Translations under genes and position numbers: made by a program | Shown here: piece after piece, positions 25,701 to 37,000 of the stretch | Numbering within the stretch: position 1 is the first letter of the stretch | How the letters are laid out: the number at the start of each line of letters is the position of its first letter | Notes under the pieces: generated by a model | Databases searched by the model: none | Seen by the model: only the letters and a program-made list of their open reading frames with translations | What the model was told of the DNA's origin: nothing | DNA from: the human T2T-CHM13v2.0 reference genome, Homo sapiens | Length of the DNA stretch: 64,000 nucleotides | Strand: one strand, 5' to 3' | Assembly (NCBI RefSeq): GCF_009914755.1 | Contig: NC_060929.1

Positions 25701-28700
25701 TTTTGTAACGTCTGCAGGTGGATATTTGGAGCGATTCGTGTAGTATGATGGAAAAGGAAATATCTTCACATACAAACTAAACAGAAGCATTCTCAGAAAC
25801 TTCTTGTGATGTGTGCATTCACCTAACAGAGTGGAACCGTTCTTTTGATAGAGCAGTTTTGAATCAGTCTTTTGGTAGGACCTGCAAGTTTTCATTTGGA
25901 GCGCTTTGAAGCCCATGGTGGAAAAGGGACTATCTTCACAAAAAACTAGGCAGAAGCCTTCTCAGGAACTTCATTGAGATGTGTGCATTCAACTAACAGA
26001 GTTGAAACTGTCTTTTGACAGAGGAGGAATGAAACACTCCTTTTGTAGTATCTGATTGTGTATATTTGGAACTCTTTGAGTTATTCGTTGGAAACGGGTA
26101 TCTTCACATAAAAAGTAGACCCAAGCATTCTCAGAAGGTCCTTTGTGATGTGTGCGTTCAACTCACAGACTTGAAACTTTCTTTTGATAGAGCAGTGTTG
26201 AAACACAGTTTTTGTAGAATCCACAAGTATTCATTTGGAGCGCTTTGTTGCCTATGTGGGAAAAAGGAATATCTTCACTTAAAAACTAGACAGAAGCATT
26301 CTCTGAAACTCCTCTGTGAAGTGTGTGTTCAATTCACATCGTTGAACCTTTCTTTTGATGGAGCAGTGTTGAAACATACTTTTTGTAGAATCTGCAAGTG
26401 TCCATTTCGAGTTCTTTTGTGCGTATGTTGGAAAAAGTGATATCTTCACCTGAAAAATAGACAGAAGCATTCCAGAAACTGCTTTGTAACATGTGCATTC
26501 AACTCACAGTGTTGAACCTTCCTTTTGAGAGAGCGGTTTTGAAACAGTCTTTTTGTAGTATCTGCAAGTGGATATTTGCAGTGATTTGAGGCCGAAGAAG
26601 GAAAAGGAAATACCTTCAAATAAAAAACTAGACGGAAGCATTTTCGGAAACTGCCTTGTGATGTGTGCATTCAACTCACAGAGTTGAACCTTCCTTTTGA
26701 GAGAGAAGTTTTGAAACAGTCTTTTTGTAGTATTTGCAAGTGGATATTTGGAGCGATTTGTGGAGTATGGTGGAAAATGAAATATCTTCACATACAAACT
26801 AGACAGAAGCATTCTCAGAAACTGCTTTGTGATGTGTGCATTTAAGTCACAGACTTGAAACTTCCTTTAGGTAGAGCAGTGTTGAAACACACTTTTTGTA
26901 TAATCTACAAGTGTTCTTTTGAGTGCTTTGTTGCCTATGTTGGAAAAAGAACTATCTTCACATAAAAACTAGACAGAAGCATTCTGAGAAACTCCTTTGT
27001 GATGGGTTTGTTCAATTCACATTGTTGAACCTTTCTTTTGATACAGCAGTGTTGAAACAAACATTTTGTAGAATCTGCAAGTGTTCATTTCAATTGCTTT
27101 GTGGCCTATGTTGGAAAAAGTGATATCTTCACCTAAAAAATAGACAGAAGCATTCTCAGGAACTGCTTTGTAATATGTGCATTCAACTCACAGAGTTGAA
27201 CCTTCCTTTTGAGAGAGCGGTTTTGAAACAGTCTTTTTGTAGTATCTGCAAGTGGATATTTGGAGCGATTTGAGGTCTAAGAAGGAAAAGGAAGTACCTT
27301 CAAATAAAAACTAGACAGAAGCTTTCTCAGAAACTGCTTTGTGATGTGTGCATTTAACTCAAAGTCTTGATCCTTACTTTTGTTAGAGCAGTGTTGAAAC
27401 ACACTTTTTGTAGAACCTGGTAGTGTTCATTTGGAGAGATTTGTTGCCTATGGTGGAAAAAGGATTATCTTCTCTTAAAAACTAGACAGAAGCATTCTTA
27501 GAAACTGCTTTGTGATGTGTGTGTTCAATTCACAGAGTTGAAACTTTCCTTTGACAGAGCAGGTTTGAAACACTGCTTCTGTAGAATCTGCTTGTGGATA
27601 TTGGGAGCTCCTTGAGGAATACGTTGTAAAAGGCATATCTTCACATACAAACTAGACAGAAGCATTCTCAGAAACTGCTTTGTGATGTGTGCATTCAACT
27701 CACAGAGTTGAACCTTCCATTTGAGAGAGCAGTGTTGAAACAGTCTTTTTGTAGTATCTTCAAGTGGATATTTGGAGCGATTTGAGGCCTATGATGGAAA
27801 AGGAAATATCTTCACATACAAACTAGACAGAAGCATTCTCAGAAACTGCTTTGTGATGTGTGCATTCAACCCACAGAGTTGAACCTTCCTTTTGAGAGAG
27901 CAGTGTTGAAACGGTCTTTTGTAGTATCTGCAAGTGGATATTTGGAGCGATTTGAGGCCTAGGATGGAAAAGGAAATATCTTCACATACAAACTAGACAG
28001 AAGCATTCTCAGAAACTGCTTTGTGATGTGTGCATTCAACCGACAGATTTGAACTGTCCTTTTGAGAGGGAGGTTTTGAAACAGTCTTTTTGTAGTATCT
28101 GCAAGTGGATATTTGTAGTGACTTGGGGCCTCAGGTGGAAAAGGAAATACCTTCACATACAAAGTAGACAGAAGTATTCTCAGAAACTCCATTGTGATGT
28201 GTGCACTCAACTCACAGAGTTGAACCTTCCTTTTGAGAGAGCAGTTTTGAAACAGTCTTTTTGTAACGTCTGCAGGTGGATATTTGGAGCGATTCGTGTA
28301 GTATGATGGAAAAGGAAATATCTTCACATACAAACTAAACAGAAGCATTCTCAGAAACTTCTTGTGATGTGTGCATTCACCTAACAGAGTGGAACCGTTC
28401 TTTTGATAGAGCAGTTTTGAATCAGTCTTTTGGTAGGACCTGCAAGTTTTCATTTGGAGCGCTTTGAAGCCCATGGTGGAAAAGGGACTATCTTCACAAA
28501 AAACTAGGCAGAAGCCTTCTCAGGAACTTCATTGAGATGTGTGCATTCAACTAACAGAGTTGAAACTGTCTTTTGACAGAGGAGGAATGAAACACTCCTT
28601 TTGTAGTATCTGATTGTGTATATTTGGAACTCTTTGAGTTATTCGTTGGAAACGGGTATCTTCACATAAAAAGTAGACCCAAGCATTCTCAGAAGGTCCT

Positions 28701-29367
28701 TTGTGATGTGTGCGTTCAACTCACAGACTTGAAACTTTCTTTTGATAGAGCAGTGTTGAAACACAGTTTTTGTAGAATCCACAAGTATTCATTTGGAGCG
28801 CTTTGTTGCCTATGTGGGAAAAAGGAATATCTTCACTTAAAAACTAGACAGAAGCATTCTCTGAAACTCCTCTGTGAAGTGTGTGTTCAATTCACATCGT
28901 TGAACCTTTCTTTTGATGGAGCAGTGTTGAAACATACTTTTTGTAGAATCTGCAAGTGTCCATTTCGAGTTCTTTTGTGCGTATGTTGGAAAAAGTGATA
29001 TCTTCACCTGAAAAATAGACAGAAGCATTCCAGAAACTGCTTTGTAACATGTGCATTCAACTCACAGTGTTGAACCTTCCTTTTGAGAGAGCGGTTTTGC
29101 AACAGTCTTTTTGTAGTATCTGCAAGTGGATATTTGCAGTGATTTGAGGCCGAAGAAGGAAAAGGAAATACCTTCAAATAAAAAACTAGACGGAAGCATT
29201 TTCGGAAACTGCCTTGTGATGTGTGCATTCAACTCACAGAGTTGAACCTTCCTTTTGAGAGAGAAGTTTTGAAACAGTCTTTTTGTAGTATTTGCAAGTG
29301 GATATTTGGAGTGATTTGTGGAGTATGGTGGAAAATGAAATATCTTCACATACAAGCTAGACAGAAG

Positions 29368-31075
29368 CATTCTCAGAAACTGCTTTGTGATGTGTGCTTT
29401 TAAGTCACAGACTTGAAACTTCCTTTAGGTAGAGCAGTGTTGAAACACACTTTTTGTAGTACCTGGTAGTGTTCATTTGGAGAGATTTGTTGCCTATGGT
29501 GGAAAAAGGATTATCTTCTCTTAAAAACTAGACAGAAGCATTCTTAGAAACTGCTTTGTGATGTGTGTGTTCAATTCACAGAGTTGAAACTTTCCTTTGA
29601 CAGAGCAGGTTTGAAACACTGCTTCTGTAGAATCTGCTTGTGGATATTGGGAGCTCCTTGAGGAATACGTTGTAAAAGGCATATCTTCACATACAAACTA
29701 GACAGAAGCATTCTCAGAAACTGCTTTGTGATGTGTGCATTCAACTCACAGAGTTGAACCTTCCATTTGAGAGAGCAGTGTTGAAACAGTCTTTTTGTAG
29801 TATCTTCAAGTGGATATTTGGAGCGATTTGAGGCCTATGATGGAAAAGGAAATATCTTCACATACAAACTAGACAGAAGCATTCTCAGAAACTGCTTTGT
29901 GATGTGTGCATTCAACCGACAGATTTGAACTTTCCTTTTGAGAGGGAGGTTTTGAAACAGTCTTTTTGTAGTATCTGCAAGTGGATATTTGTAGTGACTT
30001 GGGGCCTCAGGTGGAAAAGGAAATACCTTCACATACAAAGTAGACAGAAGTATTCTCAGAAACTCCATTGTGATGTGTGCACTCAACTCACAGAGTTGAA
30101 CCTTCCTTTTGAGAGAGCAGTTTTGAAACAGTCTTTTTGTAACGTCTGCAGGTGGATATTTGGAGCGATTCGAGTACTATGATGTAAAAGGAAATATCTT
30201 CACATACAAACTTAACAGAAGCATTCTCAGAAACTTCTTGTGATGTGTGCATTCACCTAACAGAGTGGAACCGTTCTTTTGATAGAGCAGTTTTGAATCT
30301 GTCTTTTGGTAGGACCTGCAAGTTTTCATTTGGAGCGCTTTGAAGCCCATGGTGGAAAAGGGACTATCATCTTCACAAAAAACTAGGCAGAAGCCTTCTC
30401 AGGAACTTCATTGAGATGTGTGCATTCAACTAACAGAGTTGAAACTGTCTTTTGACAGAGGAGGAATGAAACACTCCTTTTGTAGTATCTGATTGTGTAT
30501 ATTTGGAACTCTTTGAGTTATTCGTTGGAAACGGGTATCTTCACATAAAAAGTAGTCCCAATAATTCTCAGAAGGTTCTTTGTGATGTGTGCGTTCAACT
30601 CACAGACTTGAAACTTTCTTTTGATAGAGCAGTGTTGAAACACACTTTTTGTAGAATCTGCAAGTGTCCATTTCGAGTTCATTTGTGCGTATGTTGGAAA
30701 AAGTGATATCTTCACCTGAAAAATAGACAGAAGCATTCCAGAAACTGCTTTGTAACATGTGCATTCAACTCACAGTGTTGAACCTTCCTTTTGAGAGAGC
30801 GGTTTTGAAACAGTCTTTTTGTAGTATCTGCAAGTGGATATTTGCAGTGATTTGAGGCCGAAGAAGGAAAAGGAAATACCTTCAAATAAAAAACTAGACG
30901 GAAGCATTTTCAGAAACTGCCTTGTGATGTGTGCATTCAACTCACAGAGTTGAACCTTCCTTTTGAGAGAGAAGTTTTGAAACAGTCTTTTTGTAGTATT
31001 TGCAAGTGGATATTTGGAGCGATTTGTGGAGTATGGTGGAAAATGAAATATCTTCACATACAAACTAGACAGAAG
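29368..31075 (+). repeat. 10-mer HOR structural variant (m1/4, m5, m6, m8, m9, m10, m11, m12/13, m14, m15)
   Basis: The unit is 1708 bp. m1 sequence (TTAGGTAGAGCAG) runs directly into m4 sequence (ACCTGGTAG) at ~29430-29465. m6 is followed by m8 (CCGACAG, ~29916). m12 switches to m13 (GTGTCCATTTCGAG) at ~30630-30665. Confidence 0.92.
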
Positions 31076-34000
31076 CATTGTCAGAAACTGCTTTGTGATG
31101 TGTGCATTTAAGTCACAGACTTGAAACTTCCTTTAGGTAGAGCAGTGTTGAAACACACTTTTTGTATAATCTACAAGTGTTCTTTGGAGTGCTTTGTTGC
31201 CTATGTTGGAAAAAGAAATATCTTCACATAAAAACTAGACAGAAGCATTCTCAGAAACTCCTTTGTGATGGGTGTGTTCAATTCACATTGTTGAACCTTT
31301 CTTTTGATACAGCAGTGTTGAAACAAACATTTTGTAGAATCTGCAAGTGTTCATTTCAAATGCTTTGCGGCCTATGTTGGAAAAAGTGATATCTTCACCT
31401 AAAAAATAGACAGAAGCATTCTCAGGAACTGCTTTGTAATATGTGCATTCAACTCACAGAGTTGAACCTTCCTTTTGAGAGAGCGGTTTTGAAACAGTCT
31501 TTTTGTAGTATCTGCAAGTGGATATTTGGAGCGATTTGAGGTCTAAGAAGGAAAAGGAAGTACCTTCAAATAAAAACTAGACAGAAGCTTTCTCAGAAAC
31601 TGCTTTGTGATGTGTGCATTTAACTCAAAGTCTTGATCCTTACTTTTGTTAGAGCAGTGTTGAAACACACTTTTGTAGAACCTGGTAGTGTTCATTTGGA
31701 GAGATTTGTTGCCTATGGTGGAAAAAGGATTATCTTCTCTTAAAAACTAGACAGAAGCATTCTTAGAAACTGCTTTGTGATGTGTGTGTTCAATTCACAG
31801 AGTTGAAACTTTCCTTTGACAGAGCAGGTTTGAAACACTGCTTCTGTAGAATCTGCTTGTGGATATTGGGAGCTCCTTGAGAAATACGTTGTAAAAGGCA
31901 TATCTTCACATACAAACTAGACAGAAGCATTCTCAGAAACTGCTTTGTGATGTGTGCATTCAACTCACAGAGTTGAACCTTCCATTTGAGAGAGCAGTGT
32001 TGAAACATTCTTTTTGTAGTATCTTCAAGTGGATATTTGGAGCGATTTGAGGCCTATGATGGAAAAGGAAATATCTTCACATACAAACTAGACAGAAGCA
32101 TTCTCAGAAACTGCTTTGTGATGTGTGCATTCAACCCACAGAGTTGAACCTTCCTTTTGAGAGAGCAGTGTTGAAACGGTCTTTTGTAGTATCTGCAAGT
32201 GGATATTTGGAGCGATTTGAGGCCTAGGATGGAAAAGGAAATATCTTCACATACAAACTAGACAGAAGCATTCTCAGAAACTGCTTTGTGATGTGTGCAT
32301 TCAACCGACAGATTTGAACTTTCCTTTTGAGAGGGAGGTTTTGAAACAGTCTTTTTGTAGTATCTGCAAGTGGATATTTGTAGTGACTTGGGGCCTCAGG
32401 TGGAAAAGGAAATACCTTCACATACAAAGTAGACAGAAGTATTCTCAGAAACTCCATTGTGATGTGTGCACTCAACTCACAGAGTTGAACCTTCCTTTTG
32501 AGAGAGCAGTTTTGAAACAGTCTTTTTGTAACGTCTGCAGGTGGATATTTGGAGCGATTCGTGTAGTATGATGGAAAAGGAAATATCTTCACATACAAAC
32601 TAAACAGAAGCATTCTCAGAAACTTCTTGTGATGTGTGCATTCACCTAACAGAGTGGAACCGTTCTTTTGATAGAGCAGTTTTGAATCAGTCTTTTGGTA
32701 GGACCTGCAAGTCTTCATTTGGAGCGCTTTGAAGCCCATGGTGGAAAAGGGACTATCATCTTCACAAAAAACTAGGCAGAATCCTTCTCAGGAACTTCAT
32801 TGAGATGTGTGCATTCAACTAACAGAGTTGAAACTGTCTTTTGACAGAGGAGGAATGAAACACTCCTTTTGTAGTATCTGATTGTGTATATTTGGAACTC
32901 TTTGAGTTATTCGTTGGAAACGGGTATCGTCACATAAAAAGTAGACCCAAGCATTCTCAGAAGGTTCTTTGTGATGTGTGCGTTCAACTCACAGACTTGA
33001 AACTTTCTTTTGATAGAGCAGTGTTGAAACACAGTTTTTGTAGAATCCACAAGTATTCATTTGGAGCGCTTTGTTGCCTATGTGGGAAAAAGGAATATCT
33101 TCACTTAAAAACTAGACAGAAGCATTCTCTGAAACTCCTCTGTGAAGTGTGTGTTCAATTCACATCGTTGAACCTTTCTTTTGATAGAGCAGTGTTGAAA
33201 CATACTTTTTGTAGAATCTGCAAGTGTCCATTTCGAGTTCTTTTGTGCGTATGTTGGAAAAAGTGATATCTTCACCTGAAAATAGACAGAAGCATTCCAG
33301 AAACTGCTTTGTAACATGTGCATTCAACTCACAGTGTTGAACCTTCCTTTTGAGAGAGCGGTTTTGAAACAGTCTTTTTGTAGTATCTGCAAGTGGATAT
33401 TTGCAGTGATTTGAGGCCGAAGAAGGAAAAGGAAATACCTTCAAATAAAAAACTAGACGGAAACATTTTCAGAAACTGCCTTGTGATGTGTGCATTCAAC
33501 TCACAGAGTTGAACCTTCCTTTTGAGAGAGAAGTTTTGAAACAGTCTTTTTGTAGTATTTGCAAGTGGATATTTGGAGCGATTTGTGGAGTATGGTGGAA
33601 AATGTAATATCTTCACATACAAACTAGACAGAAGCATTGTCAGAAACTGCTTTGTGATGTGTGCATTTAAGTCACAGACTTGAAATTTCCTTTAGCTAGA
33701 GCAGTGTTGAAACACACTTTTTGTATAATCTACAAGTGTTCTTTGGAGTGCTTTGTTGCCTATGTTGGAAAAAGAAATATCTTCACATAAAAACTAGACA
33801 GAAGCATTCTCAGAAACTCCTTTGTGATGGGTGTGTTCAATTCACATTGTTGAACCTTTCTTTTGATACAGCAGTGTTGAAACAAACATTTTGTAGAATC
33901 TGCAAGTGTTCATTTCAAATGCTTTGCGGCTTATGTTGGAAAAAGTGATATCTTCACCTAAAAAATAGACAGAAGCATTCTCAGGAACTGCTTTGTAATA

Positions 34001-37000
34001 TGTGCATTCAACTCACAGAGTTGAACCTTCCTTTTGAGAGAGCGGTTTTGAAACAGTCTTTTTGTAGTATCTGCAAGTGGATATTTGGAGCGATTTGAGG
34101 TCTAAGAAGGAAAAGGAAGTACCTTCAAATAAAAACTAGACAGAAGCTTTCTCAGAAACTGCTTTGTGATGTGTGCATTTAACTCAAAGTCTTGATCCTT
34201 ACTTTTGTTAGAGCAGTGTTGAAACACACTTTTTGTAGAACCTGGTAGTGTTCATTTGGAGAGATTTGTTGCCTATGGTGGAAAAAGGATTATCTTCTCT
34301 TAAAAACTAGACAGAAGCATTCTTAGAAACTGCTTTGTGATGTGTGTGTTCAATTCACAGAGTTGAAACTTTCCTTTGACAGAGCAGGTTTGAAACACTG
34401 CTTCTGTAGAATCTGCTTGTGGATATTGGGAGCTCCTTGAGGAATACGTTGTAAAAGGCATATCTTCACATACAAACTAGACAGAAGCATTCTCAGAAAC
34501 TGCTTTGTGATGTGTGCATTCAACTCACAGAGTTGAACCTTCCATTTGAGAGAGCAGTGTTGAAACGGTCTTTTTGTAGTATCTTCAAGTGGATATTTGG
34601 AGCGATTTGAGGCCTATGATGGAAAAGGAAATATCTTCACATACAAACTAGACAGAAGCATTCTCAGAAACTGCTTTGTGATGTGTGCATTCAACCCACA
34701 GAGTTGAACCTTCCTTTTGAGAGAGCAGTGTTGAAACGGTCTTTTGTAGTATCTGCAAGTGGATATTTGGAGCGATTTGAGGCCTAAGATGGAAAAGGAA
34801 ATATCTTCACATACAGACTAGACAGAAGCATTCTCAGAAACTGCTTTGTGATGTGTGCATTCAACCGACAGATTTGAACTTTCCTTTTGAGAGGGAGGTT
34901 TTGAAACAGTCTTTTTGTAGTATCTGCAAGTGGATATTTGTAGTGACTTGGGGCCTCAGGTGGAAAAGGAAATACCTTCACATACAAAGTAGACAGAAGT
35001 ATTCTCAGAAACTCCATTGTGATGTGTGCACTCAACTCACAGAGTTGAACCTTCCTTTTGAGAGAGCAGTTTTGAAACAGTCTTTTTGTAACGTCTGCAG
35101 GTGGATATTTGGAGCGATTCGTGTAGTATGATGGAAAAGGAAATATCTTCACATAGAAACTAAACAGAAGCATTCTCAGAAACTTCTTGTGATGTGTGCA
35201 TTCACCTAACAGAGTGGAACCGTTCTTTTGATAGAGCCGTTTTGAATCAGTCTTTTGGTAGGACCTGCAAGTCTTCATTTGGAGCGCTTTGAAGCCCATG
35301 GTGGAAAAGGGACTATCATCTTCACAAAAAACTAGGCAGAAGCCTTCTCAGGAACTTCATTGAGATGTGTGCATTCAACTAACAGAGTTGAAACTGTCTT
35401 TTGACAGAGGAGGAATGAAACACTCCTTTTGTAGTATCTGATTGTGTATATTTGGAACTCTTTGAGTTATTCGTTGGAAACGGGTATCGTCACATAAAAA
35501 GTAGACCCAAGCATTCTCAGAAGGTTCTTTGTGATGTGTGCGTTCAACTCACAGACTTGAAACTTTCTTTTGATAGAGCAGTGTTGAAACACACTTTTTG
35601 TAGAATCCACAAGTATTCATTTGGAGCGCTTTGTTGCCTATGTGGGAAAAAGGAATATCTTCACTTAAAAACTAGACAGAAGCATTCTCTGAAACTCCTC
35701 TGTGAAGTGTGTGTTCAATTCACATCGTTGAACCTTTCTTTTGATAGAGCAGTGTTGAAACATACTTTTTGTAGAATCTGCAAGTGTCCATTTCGAGTTC
35801 TTTTGTGCGTATGTTGGAAAAAGTGATATCTTCACCTGAAAAATAGACAGAAGCATTCCAGAAACTGCTTTGTAACATGTGCATTCAACTCACAGTGTTG
35901 AACCTTCCTTTTGAGAGAGCGGTTTTGAAACAGTCTTTTTGTAGTATCTGCAAGTGGATATTTGCAGTGATTTGAGGCCGAAGAAGGAAAAGGAAATACC
36001 TTCAAATAAAAAACTAGACGGAAACATTTTCAGAAACTGCCTTGTGATGTGTGCATTCAACTCACAGAGTTGAACCTTCCTTTTGAGAGAGAAGTTTTGA
36101 AACAGTCTTTTTGTAGTATTTGCAAGTGGATATTTGGAGCGATTTGTGGAGTATGGTGGAAAATGAAATATCTTCACATACAAACTAGACAGAAGCATTG
36201 TCAGAAACTGCTTTGTGATGTGTGCATTTAAGTCACAGACTTGAAACTTCCTTTAGCTAGAGCAGTGTTGAAACACACTTTTTGTATAATCTACAAGTGT
36301 TCTTTGGAGTGCTTTGTTGCCTATGTTGGAAAAAGAAATATCTTCACATAAAAACTAGACAGAAGCATTCTCAGAAACTCCTTTGTGATGGGTGTGTTCA
36401 ATTCACATTGTTGAACCTTTCTTTTGATACAGCAGTGTTGAAACAAACATTTTGTAGAATCTGCAAGTGTTCATTTCAAATGCTTTGCGGCCTATGTTGG
36501 AAAAAGTGATATCTTCACCTAAAAAATAGACAGAAGCATTCTCAGGAACTGCTTTGTAATATGTGCATTCAACTCACAGAGTTGAACCTTCCTTTTGAGA
36601 GAGCGGTTTTGAAACAGTCTTTTTGTAGTATCTGCAAGTGGATATTTGGAGCGATTTGAGGTCTAAGAAGGAAAAGGAAGTACCTTCAAATAAAAACTAG
36701 ACAGAAGCTTTCTCAGAAACTGCTTTGTGATGTGTGCATTTAACTCAAAGTCTTGATCCTTACTTTTGTTAGAGCAGTGTTGAAACACACTTTTTGTAGA
36801 ACCTGGTAGTGTTCATTTGGAGAGATTTGTTGCCTATGGTGGAAAAAGGATTATCTTCTCTTAAAAACTAGACAGAAGCATTCTTAGAAACTGCTTTGTG
36901 ATGTGTGTGTTCAATTCACAGAGTTGAAACTTTCCTTTGACAGAGCAGGTTTGAAACACTGCTTCTGTAGAATCTGCTTGTGGATATTGGGAGCTCCTTG

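Larger units (their letters stand above)
1230..29367 (+). repeat. 11 consecutive canonical 15-mer HOR copies (2558 bp each)
   Basis: m1 starts at 1230, 3788, 6346 ... 26810, 29368; 28138 bp = 11 x 2558. Monomer starts in one copy: m1 3788, m2 ~3958, m3 4129, m4 4300, m5 4471, m6 4641, m7 4812, m8 4982, m9 5153, m10 5324, m11 ~5493, m12 5662, m13 5833, m14 6004, m15 ~6175. Confidence 0.96.
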
